Program-made: the position numbers and the translations under genes
The notes under the pieces: generated by a model
Seen by the model: the letters and a program-made list of their open reading frames with translations, nothing else
The model's database searches: none
Told to the model about the DNA's origin: nothing
Source of the DNA: an uncultured Candidatus Berkelbacteria bacterium
GTDB taxonomy: Bacteria > Patescibacteriota > UBA1384 > CAILIB01
Assembly: GCA_903834195.1 (NCBI GenBank)
Contig: CAILIB010000003.1
Coordinates: forward strand, 5,477-69,476
DNA length: 64,000 bases
Reading direction: 5' to 3'
In this document: in pieces, positions 47,601-57,684 of the stretch
Position numbering within the stretch: the stretch's first letter is position 1
Layout: the number at the start of each line of letters is the position of its first letter

Positions 47601-48907
47601 TTTTCCAAAAGGTTACTTATACTACCCGCACCAACATTAATAATAACACCTGAAACTTTACTTACTTCTTTAACATACTCACCCACCTCATCAAGGGTAT
47701 GCAAGGTAGTTAGTTTAAATGAATGTTTTCCAGTCTCAATTTCTTTCGCAACGTCATCAATTGTAACGTCTATATCATCCTCACGACCAGGGACGTGAAA
47801 TATTGGTGCAAGTACTAGCTCAGTAGGAGCCGGATCATCAAAAGCTCGGGCAAAATCTTTGAGCAATGCCTGAGTGCGTGCTTTTTGATGCGGTTGAAAT
47901 ATCACAGTCACATGTTCAGTTGGAAATTTTTCCCGGACACCTTTCATAAGTGCCTGAATTTCGCGTGGATGATGAGCATAATCATCATATAACTCAGCCT
48001 TATTCCAAATACCAAGGTACTCAAACCGTCGCCCGACACCTGGAAAACTATTTAGTGCTTTCTTGATTAGATCATGTGAAATACCCAACTCATGGGCAAT
48101 GCGTGCAGCAGCAGTTGCATTTAATAGATTATGTAGACCTGGCTGCGGAACTGTAACCCCAGGCCAGAGATGAAATTCATCATACCAACGAAACTTGTAT
48201 GAAAAACTCTTACACACTTTCCGTATACGGGCATCACGTCCGTACGCCACAACCAACCCAGTTTTCCCAGGCAGATTTCGCAGGAACCGTTTATACGACT
48301 GCTCAATTTCGGGAAGACCCTTAGTGTAATAATCAGTATGATCCAGATCAATATTTAGGATAACCGCCATTTGCGGTGTAAATCGATGAAAGGAACGATC
48401 GTATTCATCTGCTTCTAATACAAGATACTTACTTTGACCAATCTTTGTAGTGTTATTCCATGCACGAATATTTCCTCCCACAAAAACTGTTGGATCGAGT
48501 CCTGCTTGATCAAGTATCCAGCCCACCATAGCTGTTGTTGTAGTTTTTCCGTGTGCGCCAGAAATACAAATAGTGAACTTTTCTCGAGTTAGCTTACCTA
48601 TCCACTCAGAGCGTTTAACAATTGAAATGCCACGGTTACGCAAGGTTTCAACTTCAGCAAAACTTGGCGAATTAGGTGTAGCTGCAGCCGTCATTACAGC
48701 TTCAGTTACAGTCGTTGGAATTTTCTCAGGATCACTACCTATGTGAATGTTAGCTCCTAACGCTTGAAGTCGAGCAACATTAGGCGAAAATGATGCATCA
48801 CTTCCCGAAACATCCCACCCCATTTGTAGTGCGTAATCGGCAATCCAAACCATACCAACGCCACCAGCTCCAACCAAATAAATGTGAGGTTTTTGAGTTT
48901 CTATCAT
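47588..48907 (-). CDS. murC: UDP-N-acetylmuramate--L-alanine ligase
   Basis: 439 aa with IYLVGAGGVGMVWIADY and ISGAHGKTTTTAM, plus the Mur ligase middle and C-terminal domains. Confidence 0.9.
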   Translation of the reverse strand: MIETQKPHIYLVGAGGVGMVWIADYALQMGWDVSGSDASFSPNVARLQALGANIHIGSDPEKIPTTVTEAVMTAAATPNSPSFAEVETLRNRGISIVKRSEWIGKLTREKFTICISGAHGKTTTTAMVGWILDQAGLDPTVFVGGNIRAWNNTTKIGQSKYLVLEADEYDRSFHRFTPQMAVILNIDLDHTDYYTKGLPEIEQSYKRFLRNLPGKTGLVVAYGRDARIRKVCKSFSYKFRWYDEFHLWPGVTVPQPGLHNLLNATAAARIAHELGISHDLIKKALNSFPGVGRRFEYLGIWNKAELYDDYAHHPREIQALMKGVREKFPTEHVTVIFQPHQKARTQALLKDFARAFDDPAPTELVLAPIFHVPGREDDIDVTIDDVAKEIETGKHSFKLTTLHTLDEVGEYVKEVSKVSGVIINVGAGSISNLLEKWRQ

Positions 48908-50040
48908 GTTGGTATGCTACCAGAAAGCATGAATTTCGCCATTTCTCGCGCAGCATTCGGAAAATCAAATTGACCAATTGCATCACGCAACGCAGCTTGC
49001 GCAGTCTGGTTTTCAAGAATGTACATAATTTGATGTGCTAATTCTACTGAAGTTCCAGAAACTTCATCAAAAACCTGTACAGCACCAGCTTTTTCGAACA
49101 CAGCAGCATTGGCTTGCTGATGGTTTTGGGCTGAGGTTGAAAGTGGTACAAGGATAACTGCCGCCCGCACCGCAGCAAGTTCAGCAATTGTTCCTCCTGC
49201 CCTACTTACCACAACATCACTCTGCTGAAACAAGGCCGGCAACTCATCACTTACAAAAGGAGCAATCCATAATTTTTCACGCACATGAACTGGTAATTCT
49301 GACGCAGCATGAGAAAATTCGGCATAATCTCGCTGGCCTGTAATGTGCACAATATTCATTTTTTCGAGCAGTGTTTCCCAGGAGTTCTGAATATGCACAT
49401 TTAGTCGATGACCACCCTGACTACCTCCAGTAACCGTCAACAAGGGTGTTTTAACAGTGCGACCATCCAGCTCAATATTTTCATGGCGATGATCAGCATA
49501 AAATTCAGCTCGGACTGGCTGACCAACTTGTTGCAGCTTCGCTTTTGGCAAATTCTTATATGAATCAACCGGATAGGCAGTGAAAATACGTCGCGCATAC
49601 CGTGCGGTCATTTTATTTGCCAAACCTGGAATTACATCAGTTTCATGAGTAACTAAGGGAATTCGAAGAGCTGTTGCCATAATTGATACCGGCACAGCTA
49701 CATGCCCACCAGCAGCAAAAATATAATCTGGTCGCATTGTTCGAACGAGCTTTCCAGCCTCTCCCAACCCTTTCACAAACTTAGAAAATTCCTTAACATG
49801 CTTCCAGGTAAGGTATCGATTCAACTTTCCTGAAGACACTTCGTACCGGTCAAATTTCAATTCACTCTCGCGAATAAGCGGAGATTGCACATCACTTGAA
49901 AGGCCAGCATAGGCACAGTTAACATCCAAGCTTTCTTCCTTGCCCAGAGCCAATACTTGTTCCATGACAGCAAGACACTTGCTGATATGGCCAGAAGTTC
50001 CACCTCCAACGAATAAGATCTTTATACTACTTTTGTGCAT
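48904..50040 (-). CDS. murG: Undecaprenyldiphospho-muramoylpentapeptide beta-N-acetylglucosaminyltransferase
   Basis: 378 aa with ILFVGGGTSGH, TGGSQGG and SRAGGTIAELAA. Confidence 0.9.
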   Translation of the reverse strand: MHKSSIKILFVGGGTSGHISKCLAVMEQVLALGKEESLDVNCAYAGLSSDVQSPLIRESELKFDRYEVSSGKLNRYLTWKHVKEFSKFVKGLGEAGKLVRTMRPDYIFAAGGHVAVPVSIMATALRIPLVTHETDVIPGLANKMTARYARRIFTAYPVDSYKNLPKAKLQQVGQPVRAEFYADHRHENIELDGRTVKTPLLTVTGGSQGGHRLNVHIQNSWETLLEKMNIVHITGQRDYAEFSHAASELPVHVREKLWIAPFVSDELPALFQQSDVVVSRAGGTIAELAAVRAAVILVPLSTSAQNHQQANAAVFEKAGAVQVFDEVSGTSVELAHQIMYILENQTAQAALRDAIGQFDFPNAAREMAKFMLSGSIPT

Positions 50041-51181
50041 GCTGTGCTCCGCGTCGTCGTTTCTGTTGTGGGACTACAATCGCATCTTTATCGCCAGTAT
50101 AGCGGGAGATATTCAAGAGCACACCCATTGCAGCAAGTGAGATCATTAAGTTCGTTCCACCATAACTGATGAACGGCAGTGGAACACCTACGAGTGGAAC
50201 AATTCCAAGCATTGATGCCAAATTAATAAACGCTTGGAATCCGATCCAGGTAGTAATTCCAACTGCGAGTAAGCGCCCAAACGGATCCTGAGTTTGTGCG
50301 GCAATTCTGTAGCCTCGATAAATAATCAGCGAAAATACTGCCACAATTGCAATCCCAACCACCAATCCAAGCTCTTCAATAATAATTGCAAAAATTGAGT
50401 CAGTATGAGGCTCAGGTAAGAACAACCGCTTTTGAGAACTTGCACCGTATCCAACTCCAAACCAACCGCCCGATCCAATTGCAATCGAAATATTTTGAAT
50501 ATGATATTTCACCGCATCTGACCCCCCGGAAGGGTCAAGAAACGTTAAGATACGTGCCCGACGATACGGCACAGCAAGAATTCCACCCATTGCCACTACA
50601 GATGTTCCCAGTCCAACAACAAATTGCTGAAACGACATTCCAGCAACAACAAACACCGCGATTACAGAAGCCAACATAATACTTAATGTGCCAAAGTCAG
50701 GCTCCATAAGCATGAGGATTGAGATAACTGCCAACATCCCAAGAAATGGGAAAAAAGTAGCGCGAAAACTCTTTACCTGATCTTGCATTTTCGTGAACCA
50801 AGCACAGATATAGACCAAAAAACTAAACTTCGCTAATTCAGAAGGCTGGAAGGTTTGACCTAAAAATGTGATCCAGCGATGTGCGCCATTTACTGACCCC
50901 TTAGTAAAAAGAAAGACACTTAACAGTAAAAGAATCGTCGTGATCATTAATGCTGTAGCCCATTTCTTCCACGATCGATAGTCAATATTTGAAGTAGTTA
51001 TAAGAGCAATAATTCCAACTACTGCCCAAATAAGCTGACGTTTAAAAAAGTACTTTGGATCGTTAAAGTCAGTGTATCCCACAATCACTGAAGCAGAGTA
51101 AATCATTACAATACCAAAAAGTACTGTGGAAATAGTCGCTATTAACAGAATTAAATCTTGTCGATGTTTTCCAAGTGCCAT
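50027..51181 (-). CDS. ftsW: Peptidoglycan glycosyltransferase FtsW (SEDS family)
   Basis: A polytopic SEDS pattern (QPSELAK, PEPHTDSIFAII, GVPLPFISYGGT). The ATG at 51181 (MALGKHRQD) lies 1 nt after the murD stop and is preferred over the track start 51259. Confidence 0.85.
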   Translation of the reverse strand: MALGKHRQDLILLIATISTVLFGIVMIYSASVIVGYTDFNDPKYFFKRQLIWAVVGIIALITTSNIDYRSWKKWATALMITTILLLLSVFLFTKGSVNGAHRWITFLGQTFQPSELAKFSFLVYICAWFTKMQDQVKSFRATFFPFLGMLAVISILMLMEPDFGTLSIMLASVIAVFVVAGMSFQQFVVGLGTSVVAMGGILAVPYRRARILTFLDPSGGSDAVKYHIQNISIAIGSGGWFGVGYGASSQKRLFLPEPHTDSIFAIIIEELGLVVGIAIVAVFSLIIYRGYRIAAQTQDPFGRLLAVGITTWIGFQAFINLASMLGIVPLVGVPLPFISYGGTNLMISLAAMGVLLNISRYTGDKDAIVVPQQKRRRGAQHAQK

Positions 51182-51182
51182 A

Positions 51183-52601
51183 CTACGCCCCGTACCGTTT
51201 ATGAATGGCTTCAGCAAAGGCTTCGCCACGAAGTTTATAGTTTGCAAATGGTGTATCACTTGCTGCAGCTGGCGCTAGCAATACTACATCTCCACCTTTC
51301 AAATGGGTATGAATGCCACTCAAAATTGTTTCCATAACCGGGTTTTGTGCTAGTGGTAGTAATACAAGCGAACTACTCGTTTTCTTTATTTCCTTCTCTA
51401 GAGCTTTTCGGAGAGCAGCTGTAACGGCACCAGGGAGAAAACTAACTGTAGTGCACCGTGCTGCAATATGTTTAGCAAGCTCTTCATGAGTTTGTCCTTT
51501 ATCTTTTCCACCAACAAGCAAGTGAATTCGACGACCTTCAAACGCCTCCATAGCTACGACACATGACTCATTTGTAGTTGCGATACTATCATCGTAAAAT
51601 GACACCCCACCCTTTTCAGCAACGAGTGATAGTCGATGCTCTAGTCCGGTAAATCCAGTTACAACTTTGCTCATTACTAGAGGTGAAACATGGAAATACG
51701 CACCGAGAATTGCTGCCGGTAAAATATTTTCGATATTATGTGCTCCTAATAATTTTCGCCCAGTAATTTCAAAGGATTCTATGCCACTACCAATTGCCAC
51801 AAACACGATTTCCTTACCTTCTAGGTTTTCAACCCAGGCAGATTGCTGCCGTGGCTGATGACGTGAGTATTGAAATAACTTCCCTTGCACATTTTGAAGG
51901 AACAGTGCCTGCGTAGCGTACTCGGCATTCACAATTGCAATATCATTTGGTCGCTGATTTGTGAGTATACGTGCTTTTGCGTGCCGATATTCTTCCAGAT
52001 TCTTGTGATGATCTAAGTGATCCTGAGTTACGTGTAGTACTACCGCAATGTGCGGACTTAACCGTACATCCTCAAGTTGAAAACTTGAGAGTTCGAGCAA
52101 GACAATATCATCCTCTTGCAGGTCATCGAGAAATGAAAATGGGTCGACACCAATATTACCCGCCAAAAACGTTCGACCAGCTTTATACCCGCGTGAGAGA
52201 ATTTCATACGCAAGTGTTGAAGTGGTTCCCTTACCTTTGGTTCCAGTAATACCAATTGTAATTGCAGGGCAAAGTTCAAGAAACAACTGAGTTTGTGAAG
52301 AAAGCTGCGCACCTTTTGAAACCGCCTGAACCAGTCTCGGTTCTGTACTTGAAATCACAGGAGCTCGAAATAGCACGTCAAAACCCGAGAGATCAGCAAG
52401 GATGTCCTGACGAATATCCCAAACAACCTGATCACCAAACTCAGCATATTGAGGAGCAAATGTATCACGCACTGCAGCATCACGATCCCTGATTGTCAGT
52501 GAGATACCATTGCGAAGCAAAAATGTAGTGAGCGCACGATTATTTACCCCGTACCCGAGAATCACTACCGACTTTTGACGCAATGATGTTACATCACTCA
52601 T
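51183..52601 (-). CDS. murD: UDP-N-acetylmuramoylalanine--D-glutamate ligase
   Basis: 472 aa with VVILGYGVNNRAL and ITGTKGKGTTSTL, plus the Mur ligase domains. Confidence 0.9.
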   Translation of the reverse strand: MSDVTSLRQKSVVILGYGVNNRALTTFLLRNGISLTIRDRDAAVRDTFAPQYAEFGDQVVWDIRQDILADLSGFDVLFRAPVISSTEPRLVQAVSKGAQLSSQTQLFLELCPAITIGITGTKGKGTTSTLAYEILSRGYKAGRTFLAGNIGVDPFSFLDDLQEDDIVLLELSSFQLEDVRLSPHIAVVLHVTQDHLDHHKNLEEYRHAKARILTNQRPNDIAIVNAEYATQALFLQNVQGKLFQYSRHQPRQQSAWVENLEGKEIVFVAIGSGIESFEITGRKLLGAHNIENILPAAILGAYFHVSPLVMSKVVTGFTGLEHRLSLVAEKGGVSFYDDSIATTNESCVVAMEAFEGRRIHLLVGGKDKGQTHEELAKHIAARCTTVSFLPGAVTAALRKALEKEIKKTSSSLVLLPLAQNPVMETILSGIHTHLKGGDVVLLAPAAASDTPFANYKLRGEAFAEAIHKRYGA

Positions 52602-52630
52602 GGAACTCCCCTAACTGATACTAATTTACC

Positions 52631-53671
52631 CTACTGAAGCAACGCAAGCATTAACCCGATAGAACATCCGACCGCTGCGATAACCCAAAACCGCATCGTA
52701 ACACGTGGCTCAGGCCACCCAAGTGCTTCAAAGTGGTGGTGAATCGGTGCCACCAAAAATACCTTTCTATGAAATACTCTCTTAGAAAAGATTTGAATCA
52801 TGGTTGCGATACCTTCGATGTACGGAATCAAGAGTAAAAATGGCAATACGGCAACCGAATTAGTCAAAAACGCGAGCACCGGCAATGTCATACCCAGAGC
52901 CATACTTCCTGTGTCTCCCATGAAGAATCGAGCAGGATGAATATTAAACCAGAGAAACGAGAGTAGTGCTCCAAACATACATGCACAGAAGATTGCGAGA
53001 TGAACCTTTCCCTGTGTTAACGCAATAAACATAAAGACACCAAAGGCGGGCATTGAAACACCGGCAGCTAAGCCATCTAAGCCATCGGTTTGATTCATAC
53101 TAAACGCAGTGAAAATAACCGTTGCAATGAAAAGTGGAATATAGAGCCAGCCAATCGTAAACGTGCCAAAGTGTGGAATGTGGAGCGTATTAAACCCAAG
53201 CTTGGAATAGAACCACCAAGCTCCAATTGCAGCAACGGCAACATACACCCATAATTTATATTTCAATCGTAATCCCCCGCCATTGGAGCCTTTTCCAAGT
53301 ACATTCAGGATGTCATCTACAGCTCCAATTACACCAGCCGAAACAAGTGCAAAGAGAGGCAACCAAGTTTCTGCGCGATCAAGGTTGAAGATGGCTGTAA
53401 GTACCGCGGTAGTTACCCAGAAAAGTACTCCACCCATCGTAGGAGTACCTTCTTTGTCTTTATGAAGTTTGGTAAAAATTGGCGCCGCATTTCCATCACT
53501 CCCATGCTGACGCAACCGTTTACCAATACGGTTCTTGAAGAGGAAGTTTGTTAATAATGGCGCAATTAAGAACGCAATCACAAAAGAGACGATCACGTAG
53601 ATTGCAACCTGTTTAATATCTTCTGTTTGAATACTTACTGCAACACTCATAAAATTGATTACTCTTGCCAC
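52631..53671 (-). CDS. mraY: Phospho-N-acetylmuramoyl-pentapeptide transferase
   Basis: 346 aa with KEGTPTMGG, NQTDGLDGLA, FMGDTGS and APIHHHFE. The start could alternatively be the ATG at 53650. Confidence 0.9.
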   Translation of the reverse strand: MARVINFMSVAVSIQTEDIKQVAIYVIVSFVIAFLIAPLLTNFLFKNRIGKRLRQHGSDGNAAPIFTKLHKDKEGTPTMGGVLFWVTTAVLTAIFNLDRAETWLPLFALVSAGVIGAVDDILNVLGKGSNGGGLRLKYKLWVYVAVAAIGAWWFYSKLGFNTLHIPHFGTFTIGWLYIPLFIATVIFTAFSMNQTDGLDGLAAGVSMPAFGVFMFIALTQGKVHLAIFCACMFGALLSFLWFNIHPARFFMGDTGSMALGMTLPVLAFLTNSVAVLPFLLLIPYIEGIATMIQIFSKRVFHRKVFLVAPIHHHFEALGWPEPRVTMRFWVIAAVGCSIGLMLALLQ

Positions 53672-54942
53672 TCATTACCCTGTCGGACCAGGAGTTTTTC
53701 AGCTTGTTCTGGATGTTCCATTAATTCTTTCACAATTCGCTCTAAGCGCATGCCATTCTGAGATGCTTTCAGGTATACGACGTCATTTTTCTGGACAACC
53801 TGTTTCAACTGACTTACTACATTCTCTGGCGCTGGAAATCCAATCATTTTTGTAGCCGGCATTCCTGCTTCTTTTGCTGCAGCAAGCATGGTTTGAGAAA
53901 ATTGACCAACTGCAACAAGTGAATCTACGGTTCGTGCAGCAGCAGCGCCAATCTCCGCATGTGCTGCTTCAGCATATGAACCCAACTCATTCATTGTACC
54001 AAGAATTGCCACTGTTCGTCGGCCATTTGCAAACGGCTTCAACATCTTTACACCAGCAATTACAGCTTCAGGTGAGGAATTCGCAGTATCATCAATTATA
54101 GTTACTTCTCGAGCTCCTTTAATGATCCGTCCCCGACCAGCAGGTATTGAATACGCTTTTAGTCCAGCTAGTACATTCTTTTCAGTCAGACCTTCTCGAG
54201 CTCCAACCGCAACCGCAGCAATAAGTGGGTAGAGTTGTTGATCACCAATAATTGCAACATGAGCTTCGATAGCTTTGCTCGAAATTTTGTCCTCCAAACA
54301 AGTAAACGAGCACTTCAAACCTGTTCCATCTCTACTTTCTACTTTTCCTCGTACTGCCAACTTCTTTTGACTCTTTACCCCAAAATACAAGATTGATTGT
54401 GTAGGCTTTAGATGTTGTAGCGGCACATCATCTGCATTAACTACTACATACCCGTCTTTATCAACATACTTTAAGAGAGAACTGATCTCAGCAATAACTG
54501 CTTCTTCAGTTTTGTAGAGTTCCATATGCGCCATTCCTCCAGTCGTAAATACTGCTGCCTTTATAGGAAAATGCTTAGCCAAAAAATCTAAGTCACCTAC
54601 TGTATCAGAAGAAAACTCTAGTACGTAGTAGGGTTGAGTTGTGAACTTTGGAAATTGTGGAAACAGTGCTTTGAATAACACTGTAATCCAGCGACCCTTA
54701 GTTTTCGCACGATCTGCAAAACCTAACAATGAAAGTGGAATACCAGTATCCGTTGCCATGTTTCCCGCAGTTTTTACAACTGGCTTCCCAGTTTGTTCCA
54801 ACATAGCCGCAATCGCTTCCTTGGTAGAAGTTTTACCGACACTTCCAGTTACCACAATCACATATGGATTATCTTGCTTCACCCTAATTCGAACCGCGCG
54901 CCAGAGAATAGCCAGAACAAAACGGCGGAGTACAGCTTTCAT
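53659..54942 (-). CDS. murF: UDP-N-acetylmuramoyl-tripeptide--D-alanyl-D-alanine ligase (MurF-like)
   Basis: 427 aa with VIVVTGSVGKTSTKE and DDTANSSPEA, which is the MurF-type DDSYNANP block rather than the MurE-type DYAHTPD. Confidence 0.75.
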   Translation of the reverse strand: MKAVLRRFVLAILWRAVRIRVKQDNPYVIVVTGSVGKTSTKEAIAAMLEQTGKPVVKTAGNMATDTGIPLSLLGFADRAKTKGRWITVLFKALFPQFPKFTTQPYYVLEFSSDTVGDLDFLAKHFPIKAAVFTTGGMAHMELYKTEEAVIAEISSLLKYVDKDGYVVVNADDVPLQHLKPTQSILYFGVKSQKKLAVRGKVESRDGTGLKCSFTCLEDKISSKAIEAHVAIIGDQQLYPLIAAVAVGAREGLTEKNVLAGLKAYSIPAGRGRIIKGAREVTIIDDTANSSPEAVIAGVKMLKPFANGRRTVAILGTMNELGSYAEAAHAEIGAAAARTVDSLVAVGQFSQTMLAAAKEAGMPATKMIGFPAPENVVSQLKQVVQKNDVVYLKASQNGMRLERIVKELMEHPEQAEKLLVRQGNEWQE

Positions 54943-54947
54943 ATTTT

Positions 54948-56756
54948 CTATTGATTAGTTGGCGGTATTTGGTAGTAGTGTAACAGGTATTGAGCTATAC
55001 GACCAAATAATGGCACTGCAGTACTTTCAGCATACATACCAACTTTTGCAAGATTTGGCTGATCAATTTTCACCAACATGATAAACTTCGGATCATCAGT
55101 TGGACCCATTCCAATAAACGAATGATTATAGGCATCAGGCAAGTAACCACCATTAACTGAGTCAGGCACCTGAGCAGTTCCTGTTTTTCCACCAACTTTA
55201 TATCCTGGTACTCCTGCCCGAGTGTGGTTTGTTGCTACAACTTGAACAAGCATGTCTCGCACTTGTGCAGCAGTCTCAGGTTTAATAATTTGTTGACTAT
55301 GCGTCGGCTGAACCAGTTGCCACGGACTTGAGTCATCCTGCTGCACTGCATGTACCATATGTGGCATAACTTCTTTTCCATCATTCGCAATTGCACTATA
55401 AGCAGTCAAAATCTGAATTGGCGTGACACTAATTCCTTGTCCAAAAGTTGTAGTTGCCCGCTGCACATCTCCCCACTGACTAAGAGGAACCACTCTACCA
55501 CTTGCCTCACCAGTTAAATCAATTCCAGTTTGAGACCCAAAACCGTACATTTTCAGATAATCTGACAACGTTTGGTTTCCGAGTTTATTACCTACCCAAA
55601 CCATTGCCACGTTATCTGAATTTACCAACACCTTCGTCATTGTTTCAGTACCATACGAACGACGTAACGCAGTTTCAATCTTATACCCATTCACAGTTAC
55701 AGACTCATCAAACGTATTTGAGGTATCAGGAGTAACAAGTCCCTGATCGATTGCTGCAGCCATTACAACTGGTTTGAAAATACTTCCAGGCTCCCAGTTA
55801 GAACTTACAGCCGGATTCGTAAATAAGTTAATACTTTGTTTACCAACATTACGAAAATCGTTTGGATCATAGCTCGGATAATTTGCCAGTGCACGAATCT
55901 CACCTGTTTTCGGATCCATAATTATGACTGACCCTCCAACAGCTTCATCTTTTTGAACTTCAGCCGCTAATTCCTGCTCAGCGTCATACTGAATATTGCG
56001 ATCTATAGAAAGTTGATAATTAGAACCATCTTTTTCTTGAACTACTTCTTGTTGAGCTAGTACACTTCCCTGACTATCGCGCTCTAGCTGCACCTGACCA
56101 GCATACCCCTTCAGCTCAGTATCATATTGTCCTTCAATGCCATACTGACCCTGATCCTTATCATTTACAAAACCAAGAGTTTGCCCCAAGAAATTACCTT
56201 CTGGATATACCCGTTTATAACTTCGTGTAAAGAAAATTCCGTTCGTAAAGTAAATTGTATTACCTTGGGTCGGATCAAAGCTTGGCACTACTGGAGAAGA
56301 CTTCGAAAGTTGTTTTCGTAGTGCATTTACTTGCGTAATAATATTCTGCACTTGATCCTTACTCAGGTTAGTAGCCAGAGGATCAGCATATGCAACTATG
56401 TTTCCCTGTGCATTCTTCTTCTGCAATGTTGCGAGAATCGAAGCTTCATCTGTATTTGTTAAACTCGCCAATAGATGTGCAAATTCTGGTTTATTTAAGA
56501 CATCGCGAGGTGTAACAGAGAGAGAAAAAATTTCCAAACTTTCAGCTGCAGCAATGGTAGTTCCTGCAGCAGCATCCTGAACATAAATAGTACCCCGCTT
56601 CGGCTGAATAGCCCGCAGAGTATCTTGCTGCTTCTTTGCAAGTGCCACAAAATTACTGTGCTGTAAAACAGTAATTTGAAACGTCCTCCCTACCAATATG
56701 ACGGCAAGGATGAAGAGTGCGCCGATAAGCAATCCGATGCGCGCTCGTGTAGACAT
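54948..56756 (-). CDS. ftsI: Class B penicillin-binding protein (FtsI/PBP2-type transpeptidase)
   Basis: 602 aa with an N-terminal TM anchor, the SxxK motif GSIFKP, the SxN motif NSDN, and the KTG motif GGKTGTAQ. Confidence 0.9.
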   Translation of the reverse strand: MSTRARIGLLIGALFILAVILVGRTFQITVLQHSNFVALAKKQQDTLRAIQPKRGTIYVQDAAAGTTIAAAESLEIFSLSVTPRDVLNKPEFAHLLASLTNTDEASILATLQKKNAQGNIVAYADPLATNLSKDQVQNIITQVNALRKQLSKSSPVVPSFDPTQGNTIYFTNGIFFTRSYKRVYPEGNFLGQTLGFVNDKDQGQYGIEGQYDTELKGYAGQVQLERDSQGSVLAQQEVVQEKDGSNYQLSIDRNIQYDAEQELAAEVQKDEAVGGSVIIMDPKTGEIRALANYPSYDPNDFRNVGKQSINLFTNPAVSSNWEPGSIFKPVVMAAAIDQGLVTPDTSNTFDESVTVNGYKIETALRRSYGTETMTKVLVNSDNVAMVWVGNKLGNQTLSDYLKMYGFGSQTGIDLTGEASGRVVPLSQWGDVQRATTTFGQGISVTPIQILTAYSAIANDGKEVMPHMVHAVQQDDSSPWQLVQPTHSQQIIKPETAAQVRDMLVQVVATNHTRAGVPGYKVGGKTGTAQVPDSVNGGYLPDAYNHSFIGMGPTDDPKFIMLVKIDQPNLAKVGMYAESTAVPLFGRIAQYLLHYYQIPPTNQ

Positions 56757-56759
56757 AGG

Positions 56760-57146
56760 TTATGGACGCGCGGTGGAAACTCCCGCGACATCGCCCTTAT
56801 CTACGTAGGTTGGTTCACTAGATGACATTGGTACCATTTGTGCTTTGGCAGGATCTTGCGAAATCGCATTAATTGCCTGATACCGTTCAGCTTGAAGCTG
56901 AAGATTGGTATTTTCTTGATCAACTTGACTAATATTATTACGCAAGGCGCTATCTGTATACGGACTTGTAGCACTCTTTGTGTTACTCAACATAACGAGC
57001 GCTAGAATAGCTAATACAGCTAGTCCAAAAAATTTAGCAGTGGTTGGACCAAACGTTACGCGTTTTTGCGTAGTACGCATTGGCGCGCGAGCAACCGTGC
57101 GCTTTGAAATAGTGTACCCAGTATTGCGGGAATATCGTGCCCCCAT
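56760..57146 (-). CDS. FtsL/DivIC-like small bitopic division protein
   Basis: 128 aa: a basic N-terminus, one TM helix (FFGLAVLAILALVMLS), then a short coiled coil (QENTNLQLQAERYQAI). It occupies the position between mraZ and ftsI. Confidence 0.5.
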   Translation of the reverse strand: MGARYSRNTGYTISKRTVARAPMRTTQKRVTFGPTTAKFFGLAVLAILALVMLSNTKSATSPYTDSALRNNISQVDQENTNLQLQAERYQAINAISQDPAKAQMVPMSSSEPTYVDKGDVAGVSTARP

Positions 57147-57165
57147 GTAATGCTCCTTTAGGCGG

Positions 57166-57597
57166 CTAGATGCCGATTTCTTTCAGTGTTTGCGCAAATT
57201 CTTCGGTAGTTTGATCGATTTGACCTTGATAGGTTTCCCAGGTCTTTTCGTCCCAAACTTCCACGTGATCGAACAGTCCAGCGAGAATTGCTTGCTTTCC
57301 AAGGTTGGCGTACTGACGTAGGTAAGCTGGTAGTACAACACGACCCAGTTTATCTAACTCAACATCCACGGCCCCAGCTAAGGTTTGACGCACGTAGGCG
57401 CGTGTAGACGCCTGACTTTGCGGTAACTTAGCAAGCTTTTCTGCAATCTCCTGCCAGGCAGACAGCGGGTAGAATTTGAGTGAGCCGTCGAACCCCTTGG
57501 TTATAACGGCTCCCTCAGCCAATTTCGATCGCCATTTAACAGGCAACTGCAGTCGTCCTTTCTCGTCGATACTGTGTCGGTGCTCGCCGATGAACAT
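57166..57597 (-). CDS. mraZ: Transcriptional regulator MraZ
   Basis: The true start is the ATG at 57597 (MFIGEHRHSIDEKGRLQLPVKWR). The second half repeats the DKLGRVVLP motif. The track's 57699 start would read through the operator and promoter. Confidence 0.9.
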   Translation of the reverse strand: MFIGEHRHSIDEKGRLQLPVKWRSKLAEGAVITKGFDGSLKFYPLSAWQEIAEKLAKLPQSQASTRAYVRQTLAGAVDVELDKLGRVVLPAYLRQYANLGKQAILAGLFDHVEVWDEKTWETYQGQIDQTTEEFAQTLKEIGI

Positions 57598-57620
57598 ATG
57601 CAATTGATTATTATTTGAGC

Positions 57621-57650
57621 GATCCACTTTGCCCCACTTCAGACCACTTG
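57621..57650 (-). promoter_or_regulatory. MraZ operator: three direct AAGTGG boxes at exact 10-bp spacing
   Basis: The minus strand reads cAAGTGGtctgAAGTGGggcaAAGTGGatc (plus-strand ccactt at 57624, 57634 and 57644). The boxes lie 25-50 nt upstream of the mraZ ATG. Confidence 0.75.
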
Positions 57651-57654
57651 TTGT

Positions 57655-57684
57655 TATTATGGAGCTGCTTTCCAGGTGTGTCAA
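57655..57684 (-). promoter_or_regulatory. Sigma-70-type promoter of the dcw operon
   Basis: The minus strand has TTGACA (57684-57679), an 18-nt spacer, then ATAATA (57660-57655), immediately upstream of the MraZ boxes. Confidence 0.6.
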
